64,000 nucleotides of DNA from Bacillota bacterium. GTDB taxonomy: Bacteria > Bacillota > Limnochordia > Darwinibacteriales > DTU012. Numbering within the stretch: position 1 is the stretch's first letter; every line of letters starts with the position of its first letter. The DNA lies in the NCBI GenBank assembly GCA_012520795.1, contig JAAYNP010000006.1, forward strand, positions 4,673-68,672. Reading direction: 5' to 3'. This document shows positions 9,021 to 18,307 of the stretch, piece by piece. The position numbers were made by a program, and so were the translations under genes. Below the pieces are notes generated by a model. The model made no database searches. It was not told the origin of the DNA and was given only the letters and a program-made list of their open reading frames with translations.

Positions 9021-10196
9021 ATGACGAACCTGTTTATAGTAGTGATTTTGATCTATTGGTTTGCCATGTATGTTTACATGCCGATTCTCACCCCATACGT
9101 GGAAAGCATGGGAGCATCGTTAAGCATGGTTGGCTTGATTCTCGGTTCCTATGGCTTTACGCAAATGTTGATTCGAATTCCTCTTGGCATTTATTCTGAT
9201 CGGATTGGCAAACGCAGAATTTTCGTTATTCTGGGGATGGCTTGTTCCACCATCAGCTGCATTGGGCTGGGTATTGCCAATACACCGTGGCTGGCTTTGC
9301 TGTTTCGGGGATTGGCTGGAGTGGCTGCTGCTGCATGGGTAGTCTTTACGGTAATGTATGCCAGCTTCTATCCGGCGGAACAATCGGGCAAGGCCATGGC
9401 AGTGATTATGTTTTACACATCGTTGGGCCAACTTGCAGCGTCGGCTTTTGGGGGAGTTGCTGCCGACGCGTTAGGGTATCAGGCACCGTTTATCATTGGC
9501 GGCGGTGTGGGGCTGATTGGCCTTATCCTCAGCACCCGGATTAAAGAACCGGCAATCCGTACACAGCCGCTGAACTTGAGATCTTTGATTAAGGTGGGCC
9601 TTAATCCGCAGCTGTTATGGATCAGTACCTTGGCTCTTTTGGTACAAGCGATCAACTTCGCGACCATTTACGGTTTTAACCAATCGTATGCAGTAAGTGT
9701 TGGAGCCAATGATCAGCAATTGACTTTTTTGATGCTCGTATCCGCGTTGGCGATTGCTGTGGCATCACGGGCAAGTAATTCTGTAGCGGCCAGAATCGGG
9801 GAACGCCGGGCGCTGGTTCTTTCATTTGTAATGATGATGCTGGCTTCAGGAAGTGTTCCGTACACATCCAGCATACCGGTTTTGTATCTTACTCAGGCAG
9901 TGAATGGGTTGGGGCGTGGGTTGATTTACCCTGTATTGTTGAGCCTGAGCATCAAGTGTGTGACTCCGGACAAACGGAGTACAGCCATGGGTTTCTTTCA
10001 AGCCCTATACGGCATCGGCATGACAGCCGGGCCGGTTTTTGCCGGCTGGATCAGCGATCAGTTCGGCATGCAGATGGGATACCTAAGTGTGGCGCTTTTG
10101 GGCGCAGCGGGATGTCTGGCTGCAGCAGGCTGGCCAAGTAAACAGCAAATGGGTGACTGCAGCGAAAACAGGCCGATTGGAGAGGATAAACAATGA
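9021..10196 (+). CDS. MFS transporter
   Basis: 12 predicted TM segments and an MFS loop motif (GIYSDRIGKRR). RBS ggggagga. Confidence 0.75.
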   Translation: MTNLFIVVILIYWFAMYVYMPILTPYVESMGASLSMVGLILGSYGFTQMLIRIPLGIYSDRIGKRRIFVILGMACSTISCIGLGIANTPWLALLFRGLAGVAAAAWVVFTVMYASFYPAEQSGKAMAVIMFYTSLGQLAASAFGGVAADALGYQAPFIIGGGVGLIGLILSTRIKEPAIRTQPLNLRSLIKVGLNPQLLWISTLALLVQAINFATIYGFNQSYAVSVGANDQQLTFLMLVSALAIAVASRASNSVAARIGERRALVLSFVMMMLASGSVPYTSSIPVLYLTQAVNGLGRGLIYPVLLSLSIKCVTPDKRSTAMGFFQALYGIGMTAGPVFAGWISDQFGMQMGYLSVALLGAAGCLAAAGWPSKQQMGDCSENRPIGEDKQ

Positions 10197-12166
10197 ATAT
10201 CCAGCATTTACCGGTTATTTCCTGTAACACCGTCGTGGTGGGCAGTGGAGTAGCAGCGCTGAATGCGGCGGATCGCCTTGTCAACTATGGGCAAAAGGAC
10301 GTTGTCATCGTTACTGAAGGTATGAACATGGGAACATCGCGCAATACCGGGTCTGATAAACAAACCTATTACAAGCTGACTCTTTCCGGCGCCGAGCCCG
10401 ATTCGGTTTACGATATGGCCAGGACTTTGTCTGACGGGGGAGCCATGGACGGAGATATCGCTCTGGTGGAAGCGGCCTTGTCTGCCCAGGCCTTTTACCA
10501 CCTTGTGGATATTGGTGTGCCTTTTCCCCATAATCCGTTCGGCGAGTATGTGGGCTATAAAACGGACCATGATCCCAGGCAGCGGGCAACTTCTGCAGGC
10601 CCCTTAACCTCCAAGTACATGACGGAGAAGCTGGAGCAGCAAATCAGGGCGAAAGGGATTCCGGTCTATGACCGCCACCAGGTAATCGGTATTCTCACCG
10701 ATGCAGCGGGGAGCCGGGCTATCGGCGTGATTGCCCTGGCACTTGATGTGGATCCAACTCAGTCCGATCCGTATGTGCTGTTCAACGCTGCGAATGTGGT
10801 CTACGCTACCGGCGGCCCAGCGGGCATGTACGGGACTTCCGTATATCCACCCAGCCAGACGGGGGCCACAGGCATAGCCTTTGAAGCGGGGGTTAAAGGC
10901 AAAAACCTTACGGAAAGCCAGTTTGGGATTGCTTCGATCGCATTTCGGTGGAATTTGTCAGGCACCTATCAGCAGGTACTGCCGAGATATGTTTCAACAG
11001 CCCCTGACGGCAGTGAACCTAGAGAATTTCTGGCGGATTATTTTCCGGATCCAGGAAAAATGCTGGATGCAGTCTTTTTTAAAGGTTATCAATGGCCGTT
11101 TGATCCCCTCAAGGTGGCTGATTACGGCTCATCCTTGATTGACATACTCGTTTATTATGAGACTGTCGTCAAGGGGCGCCGTGCATTTCTGGATTTTCGC
11201 CGTAACCCATCATGGGGTTCATCAAGCGGGGAATTGGATTTCTCACTGCTTGGTGAAGAAGCATACACGTACCTTAAGAACTCACAGGCCTTGTTCGGGC
11301 GGCCGATCGACCGCCTGGCTCACATGAATCAGCCGGCCATTGATCTCTATTGTGACAATGGCATTGATCTCAGTCAGGAGATGCTGGAGATTGCCGTGTG
11401 TGCCCAGCACAATAATGGGGGCTTGGAAGGGAATATTTGGTGGGAAAGCAATTTGCAGCATTTCTTTCCTGTGGGCGAGGTTAACGGTACACACGGTGTG
11501 TACCGTCCCGGCGGCAGCGCTCTCAACTCCGGGCAGGTAGGCAGTACCAGGGCAGCCCAATATATCGCAGCCCGTTACCGGGAAGAGCCCATGGCCCGGA
11601 GCCAGTTTCTGGCCGAAGCCAAACCCCAGATTATGGCGAAGATGGAGTTGGGAAGGAAGTTTTTGGCAAAGCTTGGGGATAGAAGCAATGTTTCCGAAAT
11701 AAGGAGTCAAATCCAGGATCGCATGACCAGATCAGGGGCACATATCCGGTCATTGGAACAGGCCAAGACTGCTGCAGAGGCCGCCTTGACCCAATTAAGA
11801 AGCCTGGTTGAAGATACCAGAATCGGTTCCCCGTATGAACTGAGGCTTTGTTTCCAGAATTACGATTTGTTGCTTTCTCAGTATGTCTATCTTTCGGCGA
11901 TTAAAGATTACATTGAAAAGGGCGGAAAAAGCCGCGGTTCATACTTGATATATGATTCCGAGGGCGAGCTGCCTTTGCCGCAGCTGCCTGAACAGTTCCG
12001 GTTTTCATTAACCACAGATCCCTATTTTCACAAGCACATTCAACGGGTGCGGCTGCAGGGGTTCAGCTGCAGTTTCAGCTGGGATCCGGTCAAACCAATC
12101 CCCCGGGAATCAGGATGGTTTGAAACAGTATGGAATGACTTTTTGGCGGGCAGGATCATTCAATAA
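10193..12166 (+). CDS. FAD-binding oxidoreductase (succinate dehydrogenase/fumarate reductase flavoprotein-like, FAD_binding_2)
   Basis: N-terminal Rossmann motif VVVGSGVAALNAA. Its ATG overlaps the MFS stop (ATGA). Confidence 0.6.
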   Translation: MNIQHLPVISCNTVVVGSGVAALNAADRLVNYGQKDVVIVTEGMNMGTSRNTGSDKQTYYKLTLSGAEPDSVYDMARTLSDGGAMDGDIALVEAALSAQAFYHLVDIGVPFPHNPFGEYVGYKTDHDPRQRATSAGPLTSKYMTEKLEQQIRAKGIPVYDRHQVIGILTDAAGSRAIGVIALALDVDPTQSDPYVLFNAANVVYATGGPAGMYGTSVYPPSQTGATGIAFEAGVKGKNLTESQFGIASIAFRWNLSGTYQQVLPRYVSTAPDGSEPREFLADYFPDPGKMLDAVFFKGYQWPFDPLKVADYGSSLIDILVYYETVVKGRRAFLDFRRNPSWGSSSGELDFSLLGEEAYTYLKNSQALFGRPIDRLAHMNQPAIDLYCDNGIDLSQEMLEIAVCAQHNNGGLEGNIWWESNLQHFFPVGEVNGTHGVYRPGGSALNSGQVGSTRAAQYIAARYREEPMARSQFLAEAKPQIMAKMELGRKFLAKLGDRSNVSEIRSQIQDRMTRSGAHIRSLEQAKTAAEAALTQLRSLVEDTRIGSPYELRLCFQNYDLLLSQYVYLSAIKDYIEKGGKSRGSYLIYDSEGELPLPQLPEQFRFSLTTDPYFHKHIQRVRLQGFSCSFSWDPVKPIPRESGWFETVWNDFLAGRIIQ

Positions 12167-12190
12167 GGAATCTGTAAAGAGGTGGCAGCC

Positions 12191-13066
12191 TTGAGTATTG
12201 GTGCAAACATTAAAATTGCCATAGTAACAGGCTTGTCTGGTGCCGGCAAAACCCAGGCCATGAAAGCATTGGAGGACTTGGACTATTTCTGTATTGACAA
12301 TCTTCCGCCTTCGCTGCTGCCCCAGCTTCTGCAGATTCATCAAAAAACGGAAGAAACCAGGCCTCTTGCCGTTGCCATGGATGTGCGGGGAAAAGGGCTT
12401 TTCGCAGACCTGACTGGTGTGATCAAGTGGCTGGATGAGCATCAGGTGGATTACACCATAGTTTTTCTGGAATGTGAGGATGATGTCCTGGTCCGCAGAT
12501 TCAGTGAAACCAGGCGCAGGCATCCACTGGCTGATCAGGGCAGCCTTTACGACAGTATTGCCTATGAACGGAAGCTGTTGGCCAATATTAGAGAATTGGC
12601 ACATGTAATTGTCGATACTTCGACTATTAAGCCCGCTGAGTTGAAAGCTTATTTGAACCAGGCTCTCCTTGGTGGAGACAGTTCGCAGTTGTTATTAAGC
12701 ATCGATATCCTTTCCTTTGGTTATAAATATGGTGTTCCCAATGATGCGGACATTATTTTTGATGTGCGGTTTTTGCCCAACCCTTTCTATATTGACCATC
12801 TCAAGGATTTCAGTGGATTGGAACCGGAAGTTGCCGAATATGTATTGAGGTGGCCGCAAACCCAGTACTTTCTTGACGAGTTTTACCGGTTGATCGTCAA
12901 GCTACTGCCGGCGTACAGCAGTGAGGGAAAGGCCAGGTTGACGATTGGGATTGGATGTACAGGTGGGAAACACCGTTCGGTGGCCATCAGCTGCGAACTT
13001 GGCGCCAGGCTTACCAAGGATGGGTTCAACAACCAGGTCAGGCATAGGGACCTCAATGAGAATTAA
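12191..13066 (+). CDS. rapZ: RNase adaptor protein RapZ (YvcJ family P-loop protein)
   Basis: Motifs GLSGAGKT, DNLPP and GCTGGKHRSV. TTG start with RBS agaggtgg. Confidence 0.8.
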   Translation: MSIGANIKIAIVTGLSGAGKTQAMKALEDLDYFCIDNLPPSLLPQLLQIHQKTEETRPLAVAMDVRGKGLFADLTGVIKWLDEHQVDYTIVFLECEDDVLVRRFSETRRRHPLADQGSLYDSIAYERKLLANIRELAHVIVDTSTIKPAELKAYLNQALLGGDSSQLLLSIDILSFGYKYGVPNDADIIFDVRFLPNPFYIDHLKDFSGLEPEVAEYVLRWPQTQYFLDEFYRLIVKLLPAYSSEGKARLTIGIGCTGGKHRSVAISCELGARLTKDGFNNQVRHRDLNEN

Positions 13067-13223
13067 TTGGTGTTATGCTTGTATTCAACCACGAACTGTG
13101 GTATGCTAAGACTGCGTTAAAAGGTAGGGAAGTTTGTACACGTGCTATGGCCTCTTCGGCTGGAAACGATGCTTGCAGCTTCCACTTTTAATGAGTATAT
13201 TTTTAAGGAGGCCATAAAGGTTT

Positions 13224-13421
13224 ATGGTAGGTAAAGTAAAATGGTTCAATGCGGAAAAGGGCTTCGGTTTCATCGAACAGGAAAACGGTGAGGATGTATT
13301 TGTCCATTTCACCGCCATTCAAGGCGATGGATTCCGCACTCTGGAAGAAGGCCAGCAAGTGGAGTTCGAGATTGTGGACGGCAAGCGCGGCCCCCAAGCT
13401 GCCAATGTTGTCCGCCTTTAA
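13224..13421 (+). CDS. cspA: cold-shock protein (CspA family)
   Basis: [16 protein letters not shown] and [11 protein letters not shown] motifs, with a long 5' UTR. Confidence 0.9.
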   Translation: MVGKVKWFNAEKGFGFIEQENGEDVFVHFTAIQGDGFRTLEEGQQVEFEIVDGKRGPQAANVVRL

Positions 13422-13439
13422 CCGCTGAACAGAACCGAA

Positions 13440-13474
13440 CCCAGCCGCAGTCAATCACTGCGGCTGGGTTTTTT
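13440..13474 (+). terminator. rho-independent terminator after csp
   Basis: Stem cccagccgcag / ctgcggctggg followed by tttttt. Confidence 0.7.
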
Positions 13475-13569
13475 ATTGCAAGAGGTATGCGAACAATGCA
13501 CATATGTACAATCAAGGCGCATAATGGTATATGTGACAAAAACCTGCGGTAGGTTTGTGGGGTGGGGCC

Positions 13570-15141
13570 ATGCTCACGTCTCTCTTGACTTTAATCCAAC
13601 ATCACTATGAAACGGGGTTGGACGATTATTGGCTGCCGGCCATGATCAAGTGCTCCAACGCCGGGATCCCGGTGGGCAGGGTCAAAAACGGTGATGTGTT
13701 GATTTTTGCCTGCCGCAGAGGCGAGCGGGAAATCCAGCTTACGGAAGCCTTTGTAGATCCGGATTTTGCTCATTTTCGCCGTAAATATCTGGCAGACTTG
13801 GCTTTCTTTCCCATGATTGAGTATCACAGTAGATTTGCGAAGCACCCTGCATTGTTTCCCGTGCTGAAACCTCCAGAGCCTCTCGGAGAGGCTTTGGCCC
13901 GTCAGGGGCTAAAGCAGCTGCGGATTGCCGAGTCAGAAAAAATGGCTCATGTAACCTATTATTTCAACGGAAGAAGGGAACAGCCATATCCAGGCGAAGA
14001 CTGGATCTGCATACCCAGCGTTAAAACCGGGCTGCAGCATCATCCCCAGATGCGGACTGTGCAGATTGCCGACACACTTGTTCAGTCTCATTGTACACAA
14101 GGCTATCGATTTGCTCTGGCGAATTTTGCCGCCGGCGATGTCTTCGGGCATTTTCCCGACTTTCAGGCTCAGGTTAGCTGTGTGGAAACCATAGACTCTG
14201 CCGTTGGCACCATTACCGGGTTTTGTAAGGAATACGGCTACTGTTTGATCATCACTGCCGATCACGGACTTTTGGAGCAGGCATATTTGCCCGATGGTAG
14301 TTGGAGCCTGGGCCATACTCAAGCATACGTGCCGTTAATACTGTTTGATCCTCAGGCAGTTGGCAGCATAGAGACGTTGGCGGAAATAGGCTCTTTGGCG
14401 GATGTTGCGCCCACGATTCTGCACTTGCTGGGGATCAGACCACCAAGTGTGATGACGGGGAGGTCATTGTTCAGGCCATATATTACTGCAGCCAGAGGGG
14501 TCATTTTGCTGATCCTGGATGGGTTTGGAATTGGAGTGGAGGACCCGGAAATCAATCCAATTAGTGCCGCAAAAACGCCTAATCTTGACTGCCTGTTTGC
14601 CAACTACCCCCATGCCGCATTAGAAGCATCGGGTACATATGTCGGTTTGGCACCTCACTCCAGCGGTAATTCTGAAGCGGGGCATCTCACCCTTGGTGCG
14701 GGGCGGGTGGTGATGCAGGATGAAGTGCGCATTCCCGCCAGAATTACACCGGAAAACCTCAAACAGAACCAGGCGTTTTATCGCAGGATCAGAACCTTGA
14801 TATCAGGCCAGGCTGTCCATATCCTGTTTCTATTGTCTCCGGGAAGTTCCCACGGGAGTACTGATGAAGCTGTCAAGCTGCTTGAAGTGTTAAAGCAGTG
14901 GGGAGTGGAATCGGTGTACCTCCATGCTGTCACAGACGGGCGCAGCGCACCCCGGTTAGGGGCGGTGAAAATGCTGCTGCAGCTGCAGCACACCCTCGAT
15001 CGGTTAGGGGTAGGCGAAATCGTTACCACCTGCGGCCGCGGTTATGTGTTGGATCGCAGCGGCCAGTACCAAAAGTGTACAAAGCATGCCTATGAAGCCT
15101 TGGTTGAAGGAAATGGGATTTTTTGGCAGGGCAGTCCCTGA
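13570..15141 (+). CDS. 2,3-bisphosphoglycerate-independent phosphoglycerate mutase-like protein, circularly permuted (C-terminal part, then linker, then N-terminal part)
   Basis: Residues 1-301 carry the iPGM C-terminal motifs RIAESEKMAHVTYYF, ITADHG and LADVAPTILHLLGI..MTGRSL. After linker RPYITAAR, residues 310-523 carry the N-terminal motifs ILLILDGFG, GNSEAGH, GAGR, HAVTDGRS and GVGEIVTTCGRGY. Confidence 0.65.
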   Translation: MLTSLLTLIQHHYETGLDDYWLPAMIKCSNAGIPVGRVKNGDVLIFACRRGEREIQLTEAFVDPDFAHFRRKYLADLAFFPMIEYHSRFAKHPALFPVLKPPEPLGEALARQGLKQLRIAESEKMAHVTYYFNGRREQPYPGEDWICIPSVKTGLQHHPQMRTVQIADTLVQSHCTQGYRFALANFAAGDVFGHFPDFQAQVSCVETIDSAVGTITGFCKEYGYCLIITADHGLLEQAYLPDGSWSLGHTQAYVPLILFDPQAVGSIETLAEIGSLADVAPTILHLLGIRPPSVMTGRSLFRPYITAARGVILLILDGFGIGVEDPEINPISAAKTPNLDCLFANYPHAALEASGTYVGLAPHSSGNSEAGHLTLGAGRVVMQDEVRIPARITPENLKQNQAFYRRIRTLISGQAVHILFLLSPGSSHGSTDEAVKLLEVLKQWGVESVYLHAVTDGRSAPRLGAVKMLLQLQHTLDRLGVGEIVTTCGRGYVLDRSGQYQKCTKHAYEALVEGNGIFWQGSP

Positions 15142-15252
15142 TGGCCTATCCTGAAAATTTGGTAAGAACATCGGCGGCTGGAAATACTAGTCTACAAAGA
15201 TCATTCCAGGATATGCAGCACTTACTGCAGCCAAGAGAAAGGACGGCCGGAG

Positions 15253-16965
15253 ATGGATGCCAAACTGGCTTACTACGCGTGGTTGAACGATGAGCGCATA
15301 GATTCCAAAACCAAGCAAGAGTTATCTGGGATTGAGGGGTGCGCTCAAGAGATCTACGATCGCTTTTCTCAGCAGCTGGAGTTTGGCACAGGCGGCTTAC
15401 GGGGGATTATGGGCGCCGGTACCAACCGGATGAATGTTTATACAGTACAGCTGGCTACCCAAGCATTTGCTCAGTTTTTGATCAATCACGGGCAAAGCGA
15501 GGCCGGTGTTGTCTTGGCCTATGATTCCCGGAACCGATCCCGTGAGTTTGTTGAGACTGCAGCCGCCGTTTTAACAGGCAACAAGATTCCCGTCTATGTG
15601 TTTCGCCGTATCACACCGACACCGCTTTTGTCATTTGCTGTCAGACACTGCCGGGCGGGAGGCGGCATCATGATTACCGCCAGCCACAACCCGAAAGAGT
15701 ATAACGGATACAAAGCCTACGGCAGCGATGGAATTCAACTGCATCCAAAGGCTGCCGCTGAGGTCAGCCGCTTGATGGCAGGCTTGACGCTGGCTGATGT
15801 CAAAGTTGATCACAGCTTCCATTCGAGCCCATTGTGGCATTGGATTGACGCCGAGGTATGCGAAGCGTATTTTCAAAAACTTGCCAGGCTGGCTCCTCCC
15901 AGCAATGATTATGACATGGGCTTGCGGATTGTCTATACGCCCCTGCACGGTGCCGGAGCACAATTTGTACCGCGGGCTCTAAGCCAGGCTGGGTTCCATC
16001 ATGTGTATCTGGTCACCGAACAGATGGAGATTGATGGTGAGTTTCCTACGGTTATGATACCGAACCCGGAGGAACCGGATGCGTTTCGGCTGGCATTTGA
16101 CTACGGGTCGAAACATGGGGCAGACTTGATTATCGCTACTGATCCCGACTGTGATCGGGTTGGGGTGGCGGTCTTGCAGCACGATCACTATGTGCTGCTC
16201 ACCGGCAACCAAGTCGGAGTGTTGTTGGCGGATTTCCTGCTTACACGGCTGCCTCCGGGACAATGCCGCAACCAAGTCATTGTCAAAACCATCGTTACAA
16301 CCAACATGATCTATCCCATTGCCAGGAAGTATGGCGCAAAGGTTGTGGATACGCTGACGGGCTTTAAATATATTGGCAGCACTATCAAGGAATTGGTGAG
16401 CCAAGGCGAGCAGTTCCTGTTCGGGTTTGAAGAGAGCTGCGGGTATCTGGCCGGCAGTTTTGCCATGGATAAGGATGGAGTTATGGGTGCACTGCTGGTT
16501 GCTCAGGCAGCGGCATATTATCGAAAACTTGGTTTGACCCTTCAGGATCACCTTGATCAACTGATGGGGGAGTATGGGTATCATCAGGAAACTTTGCAGT
16601 CCTATCATTTTGGCAATCAAACCGAAGTGGAACAAGCACAGCAGTTCATCGATTACTTGCGTCAGGCAAAAATAACAGAAATTGCCGGTTGTCCGGTAAA
16701 ATCGATCAAAGATTATCTCAATGGGACCCATGTTGACTTGGAGGAGAACCAAACCTACAAGCTGAACTTTCCCCGTGAAAACGTTATTCAGTGGGAAACC
16801 ACGGAAGGAGATGTGGTTACACTGCGCCCAAGCGGCACAGAACCAAAAATGAAACTGTATATCTCGACCGTGGCCGGTGACCCCAGGCAGGCCGCCTGTA
16901 AGCTGGAGAAATTGGAGCGGGCTTGCGATGCAATGATCAACCAAGGCTTGGCTGTTATATCGTAG
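15253..16965 (+). CDS. phospho-sugar mutase (alpha-D-phosphohexomutase family, PgcA-like phosphoglucomutase)
   Basis: TASHNP catalytic loop, GFEESCGY, and the sugar-binding region. Confidence 0.8.
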   Translation: MDAKLAYYAWLNDERIDSKTKQELSGIEGCAQEIYDRFSQQLEFGTGGLRGIMGAGTNRMNVYTVQLATQAFAQFLINHGQSEAGVVLAYDSRNRSREFVETAAAVLTGNKIPVYVFRRITPTPLLSFAVRHCRAGGGIMITASHNPKEYNGYKAYGSDGIQLHPKAAAEVSRLMAGLTLADVKVDHSFHSSPLWHWIDAEVCEAYFQKLARLAPPSNDYDMGLRIVYTPLHGAGAQFVPRALSQAGFHHVYLVTEQMEIDGEFPTVMIPNPEEPDAFRLAFDYGSKHGADLIIATDPDCDRVGVAVLQHDHYVLLTGNQVGVLLADFLLTRLPPGQCRNQVIVKTIVTTNMIYPIARKYGAKVVDTLTGFKYIGSTIKELVSQGEQFLFGFEESCGYLAGSFAMDKDGVMGALLVAQAAAYYRKLGLTLQDHLDQLMGEYGYHQETLQSYHFGNQTEVEQAQQFIDYLRQAKITEIAGCPVKSIKDYLNGTHVDLEENQTYKLNFPRENVIQWETTEGDVVTLRPSGTEPKMKLYISTVAGDPRQAACKLEKLERACDAMINQGLAVIS

Positions 16966-17054
16966 CCGCATGATGTGTTTGTGGACTGCACAGATGTGTG
17001 CGTTAAAAGCAGGAAATGGCCTGTTGGGCGAGAAGTAGGTAACAAACTGACGGT

Positions 17055-17083
17055 ACTAGTCATTCCAGACTAGTTTTTGTTTT
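17055..17083 (+). terminator. rho-independent terminator after the phospho-sugar mutase gene
   Basis: Stem actagtc / gactagt followed by ttttgtttt. Confidence 0.45.
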
Positions 17084-17099
17084 GCTGCGGGGTGAGGAT

Positions 17100-17675
17100 A
17101 TGAACTGGAAGCTGTACCTACAGTTGTTCGAATCATGGTTTAAAGTCGGTCTCTTCACTTTTGGCGGCGGCTATGCCATGCTGCCCATGATTGAAAAAGA
17201 AGTCATTGATCGCCGATCCTGGGCCAGTGATGATGAGATTATGGATATCTTCGCTTTGTCGCAGTCACTGCCCGGGGCGATAGCCATCAATTCAGCAATC
17301 TTCCTCGGATACCGCCTGGCTGGTGTCATGGGAGCAATTGCAGCGGCGGCAGGTGTGGTTTTGCCTTCACTGCTGATCATACTCGTGATTGCGGCCTTTT
17401 TTGCTTCATTCATGGAAAACAGATTAATTGTTTCGGCCTTTACCGGGATTAGGGCAGCGGTTGTGGGCTTGGTAGCTGCCGCAGCGGTGAGAATCACCGG
17501 CGCAAACTGCCGCAGCATCGGTGCAGTTGTATTGGCGTTTCTTTCTTTGGTGATCAACCTCTTTACGGGCATTCATGCAATGTGGGTGATCGTCTCGGGG
17601 GCGCTTGTTGGAATTGTACTTTACTACCTGCCCCGCCGGGGCAATTCTAAAATACCTGGAGATGAGCAGCAGTGA
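17100..17675 (+). CDS. chrA: chromate transporter (CHR family) short-chain half, N-terminal partner
   Basis: GGGYAMLP motif, hydrophobic throughout, paired with a homologous downstream gene. Confidence 0.75.
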   Translation: MNWKLYLQLFESWFKVGLFTFGGGYAMLPMIEKEVIDRRSWASDDEIMDIFALSQSLPGAIAINSAIFLGYRLAGVMGAIAAAAGVVLPSLLIILVIAAFFASFMENRLIVSAFTGIRAAVVGLVAAAAVRITGANCRSIGAVVLAFLSLVINLFTGIHAMWVIVSGALVGIVLYYLPRRGNSKIPGDEQQ

Positions 17676-18223
17676 TCTATTTGGAACTTCTGATCAAGTT
17701 TTTCCGGATTGGGCTTTTCACGATTGGCGGCGGCTATGCCATGCTGCCTTTGATGCAGCATGAAATTGAAGCCAACAACTGGATTACCAGCCAGGAGTTC
17801 ATTGACATTATTGCGATCGCGGAAATGACCCCCGGGCCGATTGCCATAAATGCTGCCACTTTCATAGGCTACCGCACTGGGGGCGTGTTGGGATCGGTAG
17901 CTGCTACCACGGCGATCGTCCTGCCGTCTTTGCTGATCGTCGTCATATTATCGAGGGTTTTGGCGAAATACCGGGACCATCCATTGGTCAACAGCATGTT
18001 TGCCGGGATAAGGCCGGTGGTTGCCGGATTGATTTTGTCTGCTGCCTGGTTTATCATTGACGCAGTGCTGATCCCGGTGCAGGCCGAAAATGGGGCAGCG
18101 CCTGCCTTTGATCTTGCAAGCATGATCATAGCTGCCGCCGCTTTCTTTTTGGTGGCCAAATACAAATTTGATCCGATCAAGGTGATTGTTATGGCGGGGG
18201 TTGTTGGATTGGTTATTTTTTAG
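17672..18223 (+). CDS. chrA: chromate transporter (CHR family) short-chain half, C-terminal partner
   Basis: GGGYAMLP motif. Its GTG start overlaps the upstream stop (GTGA). Confidence 0.75.
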   Translation: MIYLELLIKFFRIGLFTIGGGYAMLPLMQHEIEANNWITSQEFIDIIAIAEMTPGPIAINAATFIGYRTGGVLGSVAATTAIVLPSLLIVVILSRVLAKYRDHPLVNSMFAGIRPVVAGLILSAAWFIIDAVLIPVQAENGAAPAFDLASMIIAAAAFFLVAKYKFDPIKVIVMAGVVGLVIF

Positions 18224-18242
18224 TAAAATTTCTTGCACTCCC

Positions 18243-18301
18243 TTGCTTTATTCAGGCAACAGGGGTATACTATTGCCAGACATGTGACTGGGTGGTCACA
18301 T
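18243..18301 (+). promoter_or_regulatory. promoter TTGCTT-17-TATACT plus palindromic operator ATGTGAC-N6-GTCACAT just upstream of the tetR RBS
   Basis: -35 at 18243-18248 and -10 at 18266-18271. Perfect 7-bp inverted repeat at 18282-18301, typical of TetR autoregulation. Confidence 0.4.
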
Positions 18302-18307
18302 AAGGAG

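Noticed and set aside
13095-13112. A shared 12-mer CTGTGGTATGCT upstream of csp (about 13097) and upstream of the CBS gene (about 35165), as a possible regulon motif
   Set aside because: A single 12-mer coincidence is expected many times by chance in 64 kb. Both instances do look like extended -10 elements, but a common regulator is not supported.
15979-16971. A 330-aa minus-strand ORF, and similar long antisense ORFs at 39106-39915, 58420-59178, 738-1259, 23534-24199, 7693-8076 and 37592-38311
   Set aside because: They lie entirely antisense to well-supported genes (the phospho-sugar mutase, glnS, rnfB, the first TolC-like gene, patB, icd and the Gfo/Idh/MocA oxidoreductase). Their translations are low-complexity and match no family. 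They are shadow ORFs typical of 50% GC DNA.
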